Under the pieces are notes generated by a model. The model made no database searches. It was not told where the DNA came from and saw only the letters and a list, made by a program, of their open reading frames with translations. Below, in pieces: positions 39,129 to 48,912 of a DNA stretch of 64,000 bases. The position numbers and the translations under genes are program-made. The stretch comes from Alphaproteobacteria bacterium (GTDB lineage: Bacteria > Pseudomonadota > Alphaproteobacteria > UBA6615), in the NCBI GenBank assembly GCA_965261975.1, contig CBDHEC010000051.1, positions 1 through 64,000 on the forward strand. The letters are read 5' to 3'. Every line of letters begins with the position of its first letter. Within the stretch, counting starts at the first letter, position 1.

Positions 39129-41318
39129 TCAGATCGGAGTTGCATCGGCCTGACGTCCCCGCCGCGATGTGAAGACAATCACGCCGACCACAAGCACCGC
39201 GCCGGCCACGTTCAGCGGCAGGTTCAGCGGGATGAAACACAGAACACCCCCGCCAATCAGCACCGGATAGAGCCAGAGCGCCAGCGGGCCCTCCGAGTAG
39301 CGCTGAATCATCGCGGTCATGGAATAGATGCCGAAAAGTGCGAAGCCGCCGATCTGGACACTGTCCCAGAAGCCCGATCCGATCAACGGCGTGAAGGCGA
39401 ACAGCAACACCACGATGTAGAGGCCCTTGGCGATCTTCCAGGCCTGCACGCCCGTCGACATGGGCGGCGACTTTGCGATCCCGGCCGCGGTGAAGGCGGC
39501 GAGACAAACCGGCGGCGTCACATTCGAATCCTGGCTCAGCCAGAACACGATCAGATGGGCCGTCAACAGGAAGACAGTCAGGGTTTCCGTATCGATCAGG
39601 GCCGGGCGGATGACCAGGGCCAGTTCGAACGGCATGCCGCTGACGAGTTCCTTCGCGGCCTCCAGGCTCATCCCCTGGGCGACATTCGCCACATGGGGTG
39701 AATCTATCAGCGCGAACATGGCCGCCTGTGTGGGGTCGGAGATGCCGTTCACCAGCATATCGACCAGGATGCCGTCGGCCAGGAGCCCGGCAAGCGCCGG
39801 CGCGGACAGAATCGACAGCACGATGTAGGCCGCCGTCACGGGTAACCCCATGCCCAGTACCAGGGATACGATCGCGATCAGGATGACGGCGATCAGAATT
39901 GATCCCTGTGACCATTGGGCGATCATCAGGGCGAACCCGTTGCCCAGACCGGATGTGGTGACGGCGTTGTTGATCAGGCCGACCGTGACCAGCAACACAG
40001 CCGTCATGATCGAGGTCTTGATACCAAGGACCAACGCCCGCGAGATCTTGCGCGGTCCCATGCGATTGGGGGTGACCCAGCTGACAACGATCAGGGTACC
40101 GATGGCGAAGCAGGCTGCGAAACTCGGCGTGCGTCCGCTGACCAGCATGTAGGTCATGATGCCCAGAGGGAGGACGAAGTTCAGCGCGCCGCCCCAGAGT
40201 TTCTTCCAGTCGACGGCGGCGATCTGTTCGGTACCGATCCGGTGTTTCATGGACTCGACGCGCACCATGAACCCGACCGACATGAAATACAGGATCGCGG
40301 GGATGATCGAGACAATCACGATGGTCCCGTAGTCGATTCCGGTGAACGACACCATGACAAAGGCGCCGGCACCCATGATCGGCGGCATCATCTGGCCGCC
40401 GGTCGATGCGGAGGCCTCGACCCCGGCCGCAAATTTGGCGCGAAACCCGTTCGCCTTCATGAGCGGGATGGTGATGATCCCGGTCGAGGCCGTGTTGGCC
40501 ACTGCCGAACCAGAGATGGTGCCCGTCAGGGCGGAGGAGATAATGGCGACGAAGGCCGCGCCGCCGCGGAAACGTCCGGCGATAATCTTCGACAACTCGA
40601 TGACAAAGTCCGATGCGCCGGAGACAACCAGGAACGCACCGAAAATCATGAACAGGGTGATGTTGGCCGAGGAGATCGTCGCGATGATCCCGAGCATGCC
40701 TTCGTCGTTATAGAGTGACCGGAACAGGACATCGCTCAACGGCAGGCTGGCCGCCCGGAAGACCCCCGGCAGAATCCCGCCGAGGAACAGGATGTAACTG
40801 AGCGAGACAATCACCAGCGCGGGAATAATCCAGCCGGTCATCCGTCGGGTCAGTTCAATGGCCGCGACGATCATGATGATGCCTGCTGCCCAGTCGAGCG
40901 GCGTGAACTGCCAGGGCAGGCCGGTTTCGGCCAGTGTGCGGGTGTACAGGCCGGTCTCTGCGCCGGCGATCCACGCCGCGGATGCGGCGACGAGGAGGCC
41001 CAGGACGATGTCCAGGGTAATGGACCATGGTTTCTCGGCGTGCCGCTTGAATGTTGCCGAGGTCACGAAGCCGAGAAACCCGAAACCGCCATAGTGGATG
41101 GCGTTCTGCCAGAGACCCGGTTCGTTCCAGAACAGGTTGGTGCCGACATGCCACAGACCGAAGCCGCAGATGGCGAGCAGGGTGATCCAGTAGCGGGCAA
41201 GATGCGCCAGAGAATAGTCGAGATCGACGACACCCGCGCGGAACCCACTAACGGGCCGTTCGGTTTCGATCTCTATCGCGGCGGCGTCGACCATGCCGGG
41301 CAGGGGTGTCTGGCTCAT
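39129..41318 (-). CDS. TAXI-TRAP fused 4TM/12TM permease
   Basis: GTISGSAVAN, EASASTGGQMMPPIMGAGAF, LGMGLPVTAAY, SNVTPPVCLAAF. Confidence 0.92.
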   Translation of the reverse strand: MSQTPLPGMVDAAAIEIETERPVSGFRAGVVDLDYSLAHLARYWITLLAICGFGLWHVGTNLFWNEPGLWQNAIHYGGFGFLGFVTSATFKRHAEKPWSITLDIVLGLLVAASAAWIAGAETGLYTRTLAETGLPWQFTPLDWAAGIIMIVAAIELTRRMTGWIIPALVIVSLSYILFLGGILPGVFRAASLPLSDVLFRSLYNDEGMLGIIATISSANITLFMIFGAFLVVSGASDFVIELSKIIAGRFRGGAAFVAIISSALTGTISGSAVANTASTGIITIPLMKANGFRAKFAAGVEASASTGGQMMPPIMGAGAFVMVSFTGIDYGTIVIVSIIPAILYFMSVGFMVRVESMKHRIGTEQIAAVDWKKLWGGALNFVLPLGIMTYMLVSGRTPSFAACFAIGTLIVVSWVTPNRMGPRKISRALVLGIKTSIMTAVLLVTVGLINNAVTTSGLGNGFALMIAQWSQGSILIAVILIAIVSLVLGMGLPVTAAYIVLSILSAPALAGLLADGILVDMLVNGISDPTQAAMFALIDSPHVANVAQGMSLEAAKELVSGMPFELALVIRPALIDTETLTVFLLTAHLIVFWLSQDSNVTPPVCLAAFTAAGIAKSPPMSTGVQAWKIAKGLYIVVLLFAFTPLIGSGFWDSVQIGGFALFGIYSMTAMIQRYSEGPLALWLYPVLIGGGVLCFIPLNLPLNVAGAVLVVGVIVFTSRRGRQADATPI

Positions 41319-41352
41319 CGCGTGTACTCCGGGCTTGGTTCCAAGCAACATG

Positions 41353-41386
41353 AAAAAAGGGTGGCCGCACAGCGCGACCACCCTTT
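41353..41386 (-). terminator. Intra-operon stem-loop/terminator between TAXI binding protein and permease
   Basis: AAGGGTGGTCGC-loop-GCGGCCACCCTT running into a T tract on the minus strand. Confidence 0.65.
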
Positions 41387-41410
41387 GTTTCAGTCCTGAT
41401 CAGGCAAGAA

Positions 41411-42424
41411 CTACTTTGCCATCAGGTGGGCCGGGATATCGACCCCAACTTCTTTGTAGTAACGCGCGGCACCCGGGTGGAGCGGCACGGGGAGACCGGC
41501 GGTCGCTGCATTGACGTCCATGGCATTGGTTGCCTTGTGGATCGCCTGCAGGAACGGCAGGTTCTCATAGATCGCCTTGGTCAGCAGATAGACATGCTCT
41601 TCCGGAACATCGGCGTTCACCGCCAGGAAGTTCGGCTGGGCAATGGTCAGGAGATCCTTGGTCTGGCCCGGATAGGTGCCGGCCTTGATGGTGTAGGGCA
41701 CCCAGAGGTTCCGGCCGCCATCCATCTTCTTGGCCTCATCGGGCGTCACTGTCAGCATCGTGAACTTGTCCGCATTGGACGCCATCAGCTTTGTGATCGC
41801 GCCGGTCGGCGGACCGGAGGGGGCACCGATACCAGCGACCTGGCCGTTGGCCAGCGCGTCGGCCGTCGGGCCATAGCCGCCATGCATCAGCTTAAAGTCC
41901 TTCGCCATGTCCAGTCCAAGACCCTTGAGCAGGACCCGATTGGAGCCGATGGTACCGGAATTCTGCTTGCCGAAGCCCATCGTCTGGCCCTTCATGGCGA
42001 TCAGATCGGCAGCGGTTCCGGTCTTCGCGAACTCGTTGGCGACGACGAACTGCTCGACATTCTGCCAGAGCATGGAGACCGAACGCATGTTGGTTTGCGG
42101 TGCGGTCACCGGGCCCGTGCCGGTTGCCGCGTAGGAGCCGAACAGGCCCTGTACGATGGCAAACTGAGCGGTGTTGGCGCCGAGGGCCTGCACGTTGGCA
42201 CCCGAACCGGCGGAGTTTACGGCCGTCAGGCTGAACTTCTGCTTCGGCAGGAGCTTAACCTTCGACAGGGTCGCGATCGCCGTGCCGACAGGGTGATAGG
42301 TACCGCCGGTGGAGGCGGTATTGAGGATGTAATCCTTGTTCTGGGCAAGCGCCGGCGTGGCGGCCAGAACGCCGACGGCGGTCGCGCCGACGGCAAGCGT
42401 CTTCAGTAATCCAAGATGTTTCAT
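41411..42424 (-). CDS. TAXI family TRAP substrate-binding protein
   Basis: Signal peptide; TASTGGTYHPVG, SAGSGAN, SGT, GTYPGQ, PLHPGAARYYKE. Confidence 0.92.
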   Translation of the reverse strand: MKHLGLLKTLAVGATAVGVLAATPALAQNKDYILNTASTGGTYHPVGTAIATLSKVKLLPKQKFSLTAVNSAGSGANVQALGANTAQFAIVQGLFGSYAATGTGPVTAPQTNMRSVSMLWQNVEQFVVANEFAKTGTAADLIAMKGQTMGFGKQNSGTIGSNRVLLKGLGLDMAKDFKLMHGGYGPTADALANGQVAGIGAPSGPPTGAITKLMASNADKFTMLTVTPDEAKKMDGGRNLWVPYTIKAGTYPGQTKDLLTIAQPNFLAVNADVPEEHVYLLTKAIYENLPFLQAIHKATNAMDVNAATAGLPVPLHPGAARYYKEVGVDIPAHLMAK

Positions 42425-42529
42425 GGTTTTCTCCCTAGTGAGCGAAATGTTTGTTGTTATTTGCGCGGAGACTAATCCCGGCTCAGAAATCCCGCTATGA
42501 GCAAATATGCGTATAGCCACACTCAGCCC

Positions 42530-42543
42530 TGCGGATTTCCGCA
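42530..42543. promoter_or_regulatory. DctD-type upstream activator site
   Basis: TGCGGATTTCCGCA is the reverse complement of the rhizobial DctD core TGCGGAAATCCGCA; weaker second half site TGCGGATA at 42553. Confidence 0.7.
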
Positions 42544-42565
42544 GGGAAAGGTTGCGGATATCTCT

Positions 42566-43864
42566 CTACAGCAGGTCTTCCTTGCGCAGACCCAGCTTCA
42601 CAATCTTCTCGTTTAGGGTTCGCCGCCCAATTCCCAATGCCTTGGCGACCGTGTCCATGCGACCTTCATGGGCCTGGAGCGCCTGAGCGATCATCTGACG
42701 TTCGAAAGCCGCCACGGCCTCGCGGAGGGTCTTTGGCAATTCGTCCGTTGTACTGTCCAGCTTGATCGCCTCGGCAACCGAACCTCGACCGCGTCTCGCG
42801 GCCAGGATGCGTCGTTCCGCGACATGCCTGAGTTCCCGCACGTTTCCCGGCCAGTCGTGAGAAAGAAGGGCCGCCATATCCTCGCTTGTCAGGTCGGGGC
42901 TTTCGGTCTCGTGCAAGCGGGCGAACATGGATGCGAAATGCGCGTAAAGGAGTGCGATATCGTCCCCACGCTCGCGCAACGACGGCAACCGGAAGATCAC
43001 GGTGTTGAGTCTGTAGTACAGATCCTCGCGGAACCTGTTTTCGCGCATGGCAGTGTCCAGATCGGCCGAAGCGGCCGAAATCATCCGGGTTGTGCGCGCG
43101 GCCGGTGCCACGCCGTTCGGCTGGGGTTCGGCCACGAGCAGCAGTTTCGCCTGGATGTCGGGCGGGCAAGCCTCCAGCTTGTCGAGAAAGACTGTGCCGG
43201 CATCTTTGTGCGCCGTAAGGGCCGACTGGAATTCCAGTTCCGAAATCGCGGCGCAATTGACGCTCACAAACGGTCTGCCGGCCCTCGGGCCGAGGTCGTG
43301 CAGGGCCCGGGCGACCAGTTCCTTGCCGGTCCCGGTCTCGCCGAGAATAAGTACCGATGTTTCCGTCGGCGCGACATCGAGTATTTCCTCGCGAAGGCGA
43401 CGCATATCGGGAGACTCGCCAATCAGCAGCCGGTCGAGACCGGACAACGTATTCAGCCGTTGCTTCAGATTCCGGTTTTCAGCACTCAGGCGTCCCAGTT
43501 TTGCGGCCCGTTGGATGGCCTCGAGCAGCCGGTGGGGCTGGAACGGCTTCTCGATGAAGTCTGTCGCGCCCGCCTGCATGGCGTCGACCGCCATCGGCAC
43601 GTCACCATGGGCGGTAATCATGACGACCGGCAGGGCGCCGTGCGTCGACGCGATCTTCTCCAGCAACTCAAGACCGCTCATGTTGGGCATCCGGACATCG
43701 CTGACCAGTACGTCCGGCCGGTTGGTGGCAATAGCGCCCAACGCTTCCTTCGGCGTTGCATAGGTCGAGGTGAGGCAGCCGGCCTTGGCGAGAAACTGGC
43801 TCAGGGAGTCACGCATTTCCCGGTCATCGTCGACGACGAAAACCTGAAGCGAGGGGTCAGGCAT
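42566..43864 (-). CDS. dctD: DctD-like response regulator with degenerate AAA+ domain
   Basis: Receiver domain (VDDD, SDVRMP, TAHGD, EKP), Walker A GETGTGKE, FREDLYYRL, Fis-type HTH; GAFTGA loop absent. Confidence 0.88.
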   Translation of the reverse strand: MPDPSLQVFVVDDDREMRDSLSQFLAKAGCLTSTYATPKEALGAIATNRPDVLVSDVRMPNMSGLELLEKIASTHGALPVVMITAHGDVPMAVDAMQAGATDFIEKPFQPHRLLEAIQRAAKLGRLSAENRNLKQRLNTLSGLDRLLIGESPDMRRLREEILDVAPTETSVLILGETGTGKELVARALHDLGPRAGRPFVSVNCAAISELEFQSALTAHKDAGTVFLDKLEACPPDIQAKLLLVAEPQPNGVAPAARTTRMISAASADLDTAMRENRFREDLYYRLNTVIFRLPSLRERGDDIALLYAHFASMFARLHETESPDLTSEDMAALLSHDWPGNVRELRHVAERRILAARRGRGSVAEAIKLDSTTDELPKTLREAVAAFERQMIAQALQAHEGRMDTVAKALGIGRRTLNEKIVKLGLRKEDLL

Positions 43865-45647
43865 TGCCAGTCTCCCTCGCGTCGGGCAGGGGCAGCTCGA
43901 GGATGAACTCGGCCCCGCCACTCATCCGGTTGCGTGCGGACAGGGTCCCGCCATGTTCGTTAACGATCCCGGCCGAGATCGCCAGCCCGAGCCCGAGGCC
44001 TTCGCCCGATGCCTTGGTGGTCACGAAGGGTTCGAAGATGGCGGTCTCCTGTCCACCTGACAGTCCGACCCCCGTATCGGAGACGATGATCCGGGCATGG
44101 ACGTCGTCTGTCGCAAGCGTGATTGTCAGTTTTTTCCGGCTGCTCGATTGCATCGCATCCAGTGCGTTTCCGATCATGTTGATAAGCACCTGTTCGAGGC
44201 GCATGCGACCGCCGCGAACCGTGACGGTTTGCGTGACGTCGACGCAATCGAGCTCCGCACCCTCGGTCTTGATGGCCGGGTTCATCGTTTCAAGAGCACC
44301 CGTAATCACATCCGCCAGATCAATATCTGCAAAATCCTCACCGCCGCGGCGCGCGAAAAACTTGAGCTGCCGGGTGGTCTCCGCCATGCGGTCGACGAGG
44401 CGGTCGAGCTGGTCGAGCACCGGGTGTCCGGCGCGTTCGTCGACGACGACAGAGCCTGACGCTGCGGGCTCGGGAAGCCGGGCGCCCGCAATATAGGTCT
44501 TCATGGCCGACAGGGGTTGGCCGAGCTCATGGGTAACCGAGGCGGCGAGTTGTCCGAGCGCTGCGAGGCGCGAAGTCTGCCGCAATTCCTTTTGTGCCGC
44601 CTGCAAACGTGTTTCTGCCTCGATCCGCTCCTCGATCTCGCGACCAAGCTCCTTGTTCAGCCGGTTAAGCTGTTCGCGCTCGCGTTGGGAAGCGATCAAC
44701 GAGTTACGAATTCGCTCGGTACGCAGGATCAGGAAGACCACCAGCAACAGTGACAACGCGACGACCGTTATGACCAGGACGATGCGGCTGCGTGCGAGCA
44801 CACGCTCATAGGGCGACAGGAAGTGCAGGCGCCAGTCGAGCCGTCCCACATCGACGATATGCTCGACGAACCTGGCGCCGTCGATGGTCACGACCCGGCC
44901 GTCGCGAGAGGCGTCGATCGGGTTCAGCAGGGCTGTCCCGAACTGCCGGCGTGATGTGATGCGTTCGCGTGCTTGCGGCGAAAGCGTATCGAGTGTGCCG
45001 TATCGCCATGACGGGCGGGCCGACAAAACGATGATTCCGTCACGGTTGCTGATGAACACCGTGCCCTCCGGCGTCTCCCAATTCGCTTCCAGGCCGCGGA
45101 GACCGACTTTCACCGTGATGACGCCGATGGTCTGGTCCGCCCCGTCACGCACGGGGTGCGAGACGAAGTAGCCGGGCTGACCGGTCGTTGCGCCGACGGC
45201 GAAATACTCGCCGGTGTCGCCCGCCAGGGCGGACTGGAAGTAGGGCCGAAACCCGTAATTGTGACCGAGGAATGTTTGCTCGCTTTGCCAGTTGGAAGCG
45301 GCGATCGTCAGGCCGGTACTGTCCATCAGGTACACGGCCTCGGAACGGGTTGCCTCGGAAAATCGTTCCAGGCGGCGGTTCAGAATATCGGCCGGCGCAC
45401 CTTGCGCGACGTCGATGATCTCGTGATCTTCCGAAAGTATGGGCGTGATGTTCTGATACCGCTCGAGAACAGAGGCCAGCGAGGTGAGGTAGGGGGCGGC
45501 ACGCCGCGCGGAGGCTTCCAGTTCGCGCTGAACATAATACTTCTCGGCGAGCTTGAACTCACCGAAAGCGGCGAACAGGCCGACGATCAGCAAAACGATC
45601 AGGATCGTCGTGCGTCGGCCCGGTGCGTTGTCGAAAATGAAGCTCAT
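43857..45647 (-). CDS. dctB: DctB-like sensor histidine kinase
   Basis: Periplasmic Cache domain (YLMD..G.TIAASNW, YGFRPYF, GATTGQPGYF), H-box VTHELGQPL, N/G boxes. Confidence 0.9.
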   Translation of the reverse strand: MSFIFDNAPGRRTTILIVLLIVGLFAAFGEFKLAEKYYVQRELEASARRAAPYLTSLASVLERYQNITPILSEDHEIIDVAQGAPADILNRRLERFSEATRSEAVYLMDSTGLTIAASNWQSEQTFLGHNYGFRPYFQSALAGDTGEYFAVGATTGQPGYFVSHPVRDGADQTIGVITVKVGLRGLEANWETPEGTVFISNRDGIIVLSARPSWRYGTLDTLSPQARERITSRRQFGTALLNPIDASRDGRVVTIDGARFVEHIVDVGRLDWRLHFLSPYERVLARSRIVLVITVVALSLLLVVFLILRTERIRNSLIASQREREQLNRLNKELGREIEERIEAETRLQAAQKELRQTSRLAALGQLAASVTHELGQPLSAMKTYIAGARLPEPAASGSVVVDERAGHPVLDQLDRLVDRMAETTRQLKFFARRGGEDFADIDLADVITGALETMNPAIKTEGAELDCVDVTQTVTVRGGRMRLEQVLINMIGNALDAMQSSSRKKLTITLATDDVHARIIVSDTGVGLSGGQETAIFEPFVTTKASGEGLGLGLAISAGIVNEHGGTLSARNRMSGGAEFILELPLPDARETGNA

Positions 45648-45741
45648 GGCATCATGTTTAGCGAATTCTGGGCCCGATGTCCGCCGGTCAGGCCTGTTTT
45701 CACTTGACGGGCCGGTGGGTAAAGGCAGAGAAAACCGGGGT

Positions 45742-45818
45742 CGGGGCGTAGCTCAGCCTGGTAGAGCACCTGCTTTGGGAGCAGGGGGTCGCGTGTTCGA
45801 ATCTCGTCGCCCCGACCA
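45742..45818 (+). tRNA. tRNA-Pro(TGG)
   Basis: CGGGGCG acceptor stem, anticodon arm CCTGC-TTTGGGA-GCAGG, TTCGAAT loop, encoded CCA; 77 nt. Confidence 0.95.
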
Positions 45819-45839
45819 TTTCCTTGCATGAGGTGCGCC

Positions 45840-46592
45840 ATGCGTCTGCACGACCGTACAGCTTTCGTCACCGGCGGCTCAAAGGGCCTGGGTCGGGCCA
45901 TCGCCGAACGTTTCGTCGAGGAAGGCGCGCGGGTCGTCGCCGCCGATATCGATCAGCCCGCACTTGACCAGTTCATGGCGGAAACGGAGGTCGATACGGG
46001 CTGTCTGACGCCGGTCGTCCTGGACGTTTCGGACTTCGAGGCCGTCAAGGCGGCGATCGACGGGGCCATTGCGGATTTCGGCGCGCTGGACATCCTGGTC
46101 AACAATGCCGGCTACTCGCCCAAGAAGAACTGGCTGGAATACGAGATTTCCGACTGGCAGAAGGTACTCGACGTCAATCTGAGCGGCGAATTCTACGGTG
46201 CCCGCGCGGTCGCGGAACACATGATGGAACGCAAGAGTGGGCGGATCATCAACCTATCATCCTCGGCCTGGCGCCATGGCGGCGTGGCCACGGGCGGCGG
46301 ATTGCCCTACACCTCCTCCAAAGCCGGGGTGATTGGTCTGACCCGCGCCCTGTGCAAGGCGCTCGGGCCCTACAACATTACCGTCAACGCCATCGCGCCG
46401 GGCCCGACACCCACGCCGATGACGTCGTCATGGCTGTCCGACGCGGAAGAGGCCCTGAAAGAACAGATTCCGCTGCGCCGCCTCGGCACCGCACGCGACA
46501 TCGCCAACGCCGCACTGTTCCTGGCCTCGGACGAGGCGGCGTTCATCACCGGCAGCTGTCTCGACGTCAACGGCGGCCTGACCATGAGTTAG
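45840..46592 (+). CDS. SDR, FabG-like
   Basis: TGGSKGLG, NNAG, YTSSK, TGSCLDVNGG. Confidence 0.9.
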   Translation: MRLHDRTAFVTGGSKGLGRAIAERFVEEGARVVAADIDQPALDQFMAETEVDTGCLTPVVLDVSDFEAVKAAIDGAIADFGALDILVNNAGYSPKKNWLEYEISDWQKVLDVNLSGEFYGARAVAEHMMERKSGRIINLSSSAWRHGGVATGGGLPYTSSKAGVIGLTRALCKALGPYNITVNAIAPGPTPTPMTSSWLSDAEEALKEQIPLRRLGTARDIANAALFLASDEAAFITGSCLDVNGGLTMS

Positions 46593-46669
46593 GCGTGAAC
46601 CGTGTTGACGGCGAAGCGCGCACACCTGTACGAAGTTGATGGCCCAACCAGATACTTGAGAGACCTGCC

Positions 46670-46975
46670 ATGAAGGCCCGTATTTTTCAGCCCACCAAGA
46701 CCGCCATGCAGTCCGGCCGCGCGAAGACCCAGAATTGGGTGCTCGAATTCGAGCCGACGCGCCGTCAGCAGCTCGACCCTCTGATGGGCTGGCCGGGCGC
46801 GGGCGACACGATGCAGCAGGTCCGGATGCGCTTCGAAAGCCGCGAGGACGCGATCGCCCATGCAGAGCGCCACGGGCTCGATTATGTGGTGCAGGAGCCC
46901 AAGGAAAGACAAATAAAGCCAAAGGCTTACGCGGACAACTTCGCGGTCGGGCGCAGGATTCCCTGGAGCCACTGA
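46670..46975 (+). CDS. ETC complex I subunit (NDUFS4-like)
   Basis: ARIFQP.KTAMQSG, W.LEFE, DPLMGW, KAYADNF. Confidence 0.92.
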   Translation: MKARIFQPTKTAMQSGRAKTQNWVLEFEPTRRQQLDPLMGWPGAGDTMQQVRMRFESREDAIAHAERHGLDYVVQEPKERQIKPKAYADNFAVGRRIPWSH

Positions 46976-47059
46976 CCGGCCCCAGGTTTCGCATTCGGAA
47001 TTTGAGGTTTCGCGATTCCGGTGAATCCGGCGATGCTGGTTCATCCGAAGCGTTGCGCG

Positions 47060-47136
47060 GCGCCCGTAGCTCAGCTGGATAGAGCATCGGCCTTCTAAGC
47101 CGAATGTCGCAGGTTCGAATCCTGCCGGGCGCGCCA
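47060..47136 (+). tRNA. tRNA-Arg(TCT)
   Basis: GCGCCCG acceptor stem, anticodon arm TCGGC-CTTCTAA-GCCGA, GGTTCGAATCC, encoded CCA; 77 nt. Confidence 0.95.
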
Positions 47137-47242
47137 AACGCTACTTCTCTATCGAAAAACCGCAAGAATCGGGTGGATCGGCGGTCGTGCATGCGGCACG
47201 TGTGTGTCGAATTTTCTCCCGCGCCCGGGGCAGTACGAAGCC

Positions 47243-48175
47243 ATGTCCGACACACCGAAAATTCTCGACCGAACCGACTGGGGACTGCTGGTCCTGCTCT
47301 CGGTGCTGTGGGGCGCAACATTTTTCTTTGCCGGCATCGCTGTTGCGGGAGTCCCGCCGCTGACCGTTGTATTTGCGCGGGTGCTGCTGGCGGCCTTGAT
47401 GCTTCTGCCGCTGTTCTGGATGAAGGGGCTTCGTCTGCCGCGCACGGCCGGGGAGTGGGCGCCTTTTTTCATCATGGGGCTGCTGAACAATGTCATCCCT
47501 TTCGGTTTCCTGTTCGCGGCACAAACCCTGATTTCCGTTGGCCTGACATCTATCGTGAACGCGATGACGCCATTGTTCAGCATCGTGGTCATGGCGGCCT
47601 TCGGAGTGGAGCGGCTGACCGGCAACCGAATCGCCGGGGTGGTGCTTGGTGTCGTCGGGGTGGCCGTGCTTCGCGGCGTGGGCGGACCGCTGGGTGGACC
47701 CGAGACGATCGGAATTGCGCTCGGCCTTGTGGGCACCCTCAGCTACGGGTTTGCGGCACTATGGGCGCGGCGGCGTTTGCAGGGTGTCCCGCCGTTGCGG
47801 TCTGCGACCTGCCAGCTTCTGTCTTCGAGCCTCGTGATGATTCCCGTGGTCACGGTGTTCGATCAACCATGGACGCTCGGTATGCCGAGTATGAATGCGT
47901 TGATGTCGATCCTCGCGCTCGCATTCTTCGGCACCGCGATGGCCTATATTGTCTTCTTCCGCATCATCGAACGCGCCGGCGCCAGCAACGTGATGCTGGT
48001 GACCCTTTTGATACCAGTCAGTGCGATATCGCTTGGTGTCGCGTTTCTCGATGAGCCGCTACGGCTGCAGGAGGTTGCGGGCGCGCTGATCATCGGTCTC
48101 GGCCTGTTGTTCATCGACGGTCGTTTGCCGCGGAAGCTTGGCCTGGAAGCTAACCGGTCCAGGCACCGCCATTGA
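47243..48175 (+). CDS. EamA/DMT family transporter
   Basis: LSVLWGATFFF, GLLNNVIPF, about 10 TM helices, GASNVMLVTLLIPV. Confidence 0.88.
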   Translation: MSDTPKILDRTDWGLLVLLSVLWGATFFFAGIAVAGVPPLTVVFARVLLAALMLLPLFWMKGLRLPRTAGEWAPFFIMGLLNNVIPFGFLFAAQTLISVGLTSIVNAMTPLFSIVVMAAFGVERLTGNRIAGVVLGVVGVAVLRGVGGPLGGPETIGIALGLVGTLSYGFAALWARRRLQGVPPLRSATCQLLSSSLVMIPVVTVFDQPWTLGMPSMNALMSILALAFFGTAMAYIVFFRIIERAGASNVMLVTLLIPVSAISLGVAFLDEPLRLQEVAGALIIGLGLLFIDGRLPRKLGLEANRSRHRH

Positions 48176-48908
48176 CGTCCAGAACCGCGCCCGTCGTAAA
48201 CGCTGCCCCCGGTGTGCACAGATACCAGATGGCGTGAGCCAGTTCCTCTGGCTTGCCCAGGCGGCCGACGGGGATGGCCTTTGCGCGCGCGTCGAGAACA
48301 TCTTGCGGATGGCGTGTCACCCGCGGTGTGAGCACGAGGCCCGGTGCGATGGCATTGATCGTGATGCCGTCGGGTGCCAGTTCCTTGGCGAGGCGGCGGG
48401 TCATGCCGATGATTGCGGCCTCGGTCGTTGAATATTCGATGGCGCCTGCGCCTGCCGTGCGACCCGCGACCGACGAGATGTTGACGATCCGGCCGTACTT
48501 GTTGGCCTTCATGGTCGGCACCAGCTCGCGGGTGATCAGGAACTTGGCGATCACGTTCCAGTCGTAGCTGTGGTGCATCGCATCCAGCGTGATTTCCTCG
48601 AGCGGCGGCGCATCGATGAAACCACCCGCCGTGTTCACGAGGATGTCGGCACGGCCCCACGTATCGAGAATGGTCTTCGTGGCGGCCTTGACCTCGTCCT
48701 CGTCGGCGCATTCGGCCTTCACGAACATCGCCTCGCCGCCGGCATCGGCGATGCGTTTGACGACCGCGTCGCCCTTTTCTGGCGTGCGACCGATCACGGC
48801 GACCTTCGCGCCTTCTGCGCCGAAGCGCACGGCGGCGGCTTCGCCCATGCCGGCAGTTCCCCCGGTGACGACGGCAACCTGGCCGGTGATATCGGTAAGT
48901 TCGCTCAT
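48150..48908 (-). CDS. SDR family oxidoreductase (YxxxE variant)
   Basis: TGGTAGMG, NTAGG, NISS, YSTTE, TGAVLDVNGG. Confidence 0.88.
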   Translation of the reverse strand: MSELTDITGQVAVVTGGTAGMGEAAAVRFGAEGAKVAVIGRTPEKGDAVVKRIADAGGEAMFVKAECADEDEVKAATKTILDTWGRADILVNTAGGFIDAPPLEEITLDAMHHSYDWNVIAKFLITRELVPTMKANKYGRIVNISSVAGRTAGAGAIEYSTTEAAIIGMTRRLAKELAPDGITINAIAPGLVLTPRVTRHPQDVLDARAKAIPVGRLGKPEELAHAIWYLCTPGAAFTTGAVLDVNGGAWTG

Positions 48909-48912
48909 CGTT

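Noticed and set aside
42501-42519. Possible sigma54 -24/-12 promoter for the TAXI gene
   Set aside because: GG-to-GC spacing is 14 nt rather than the required 10
45742-47136. tRNA-targeted prophage or integrative element
   Set aside because: No integrase, phage genes or duplicated tRNA 3' end seen in the window
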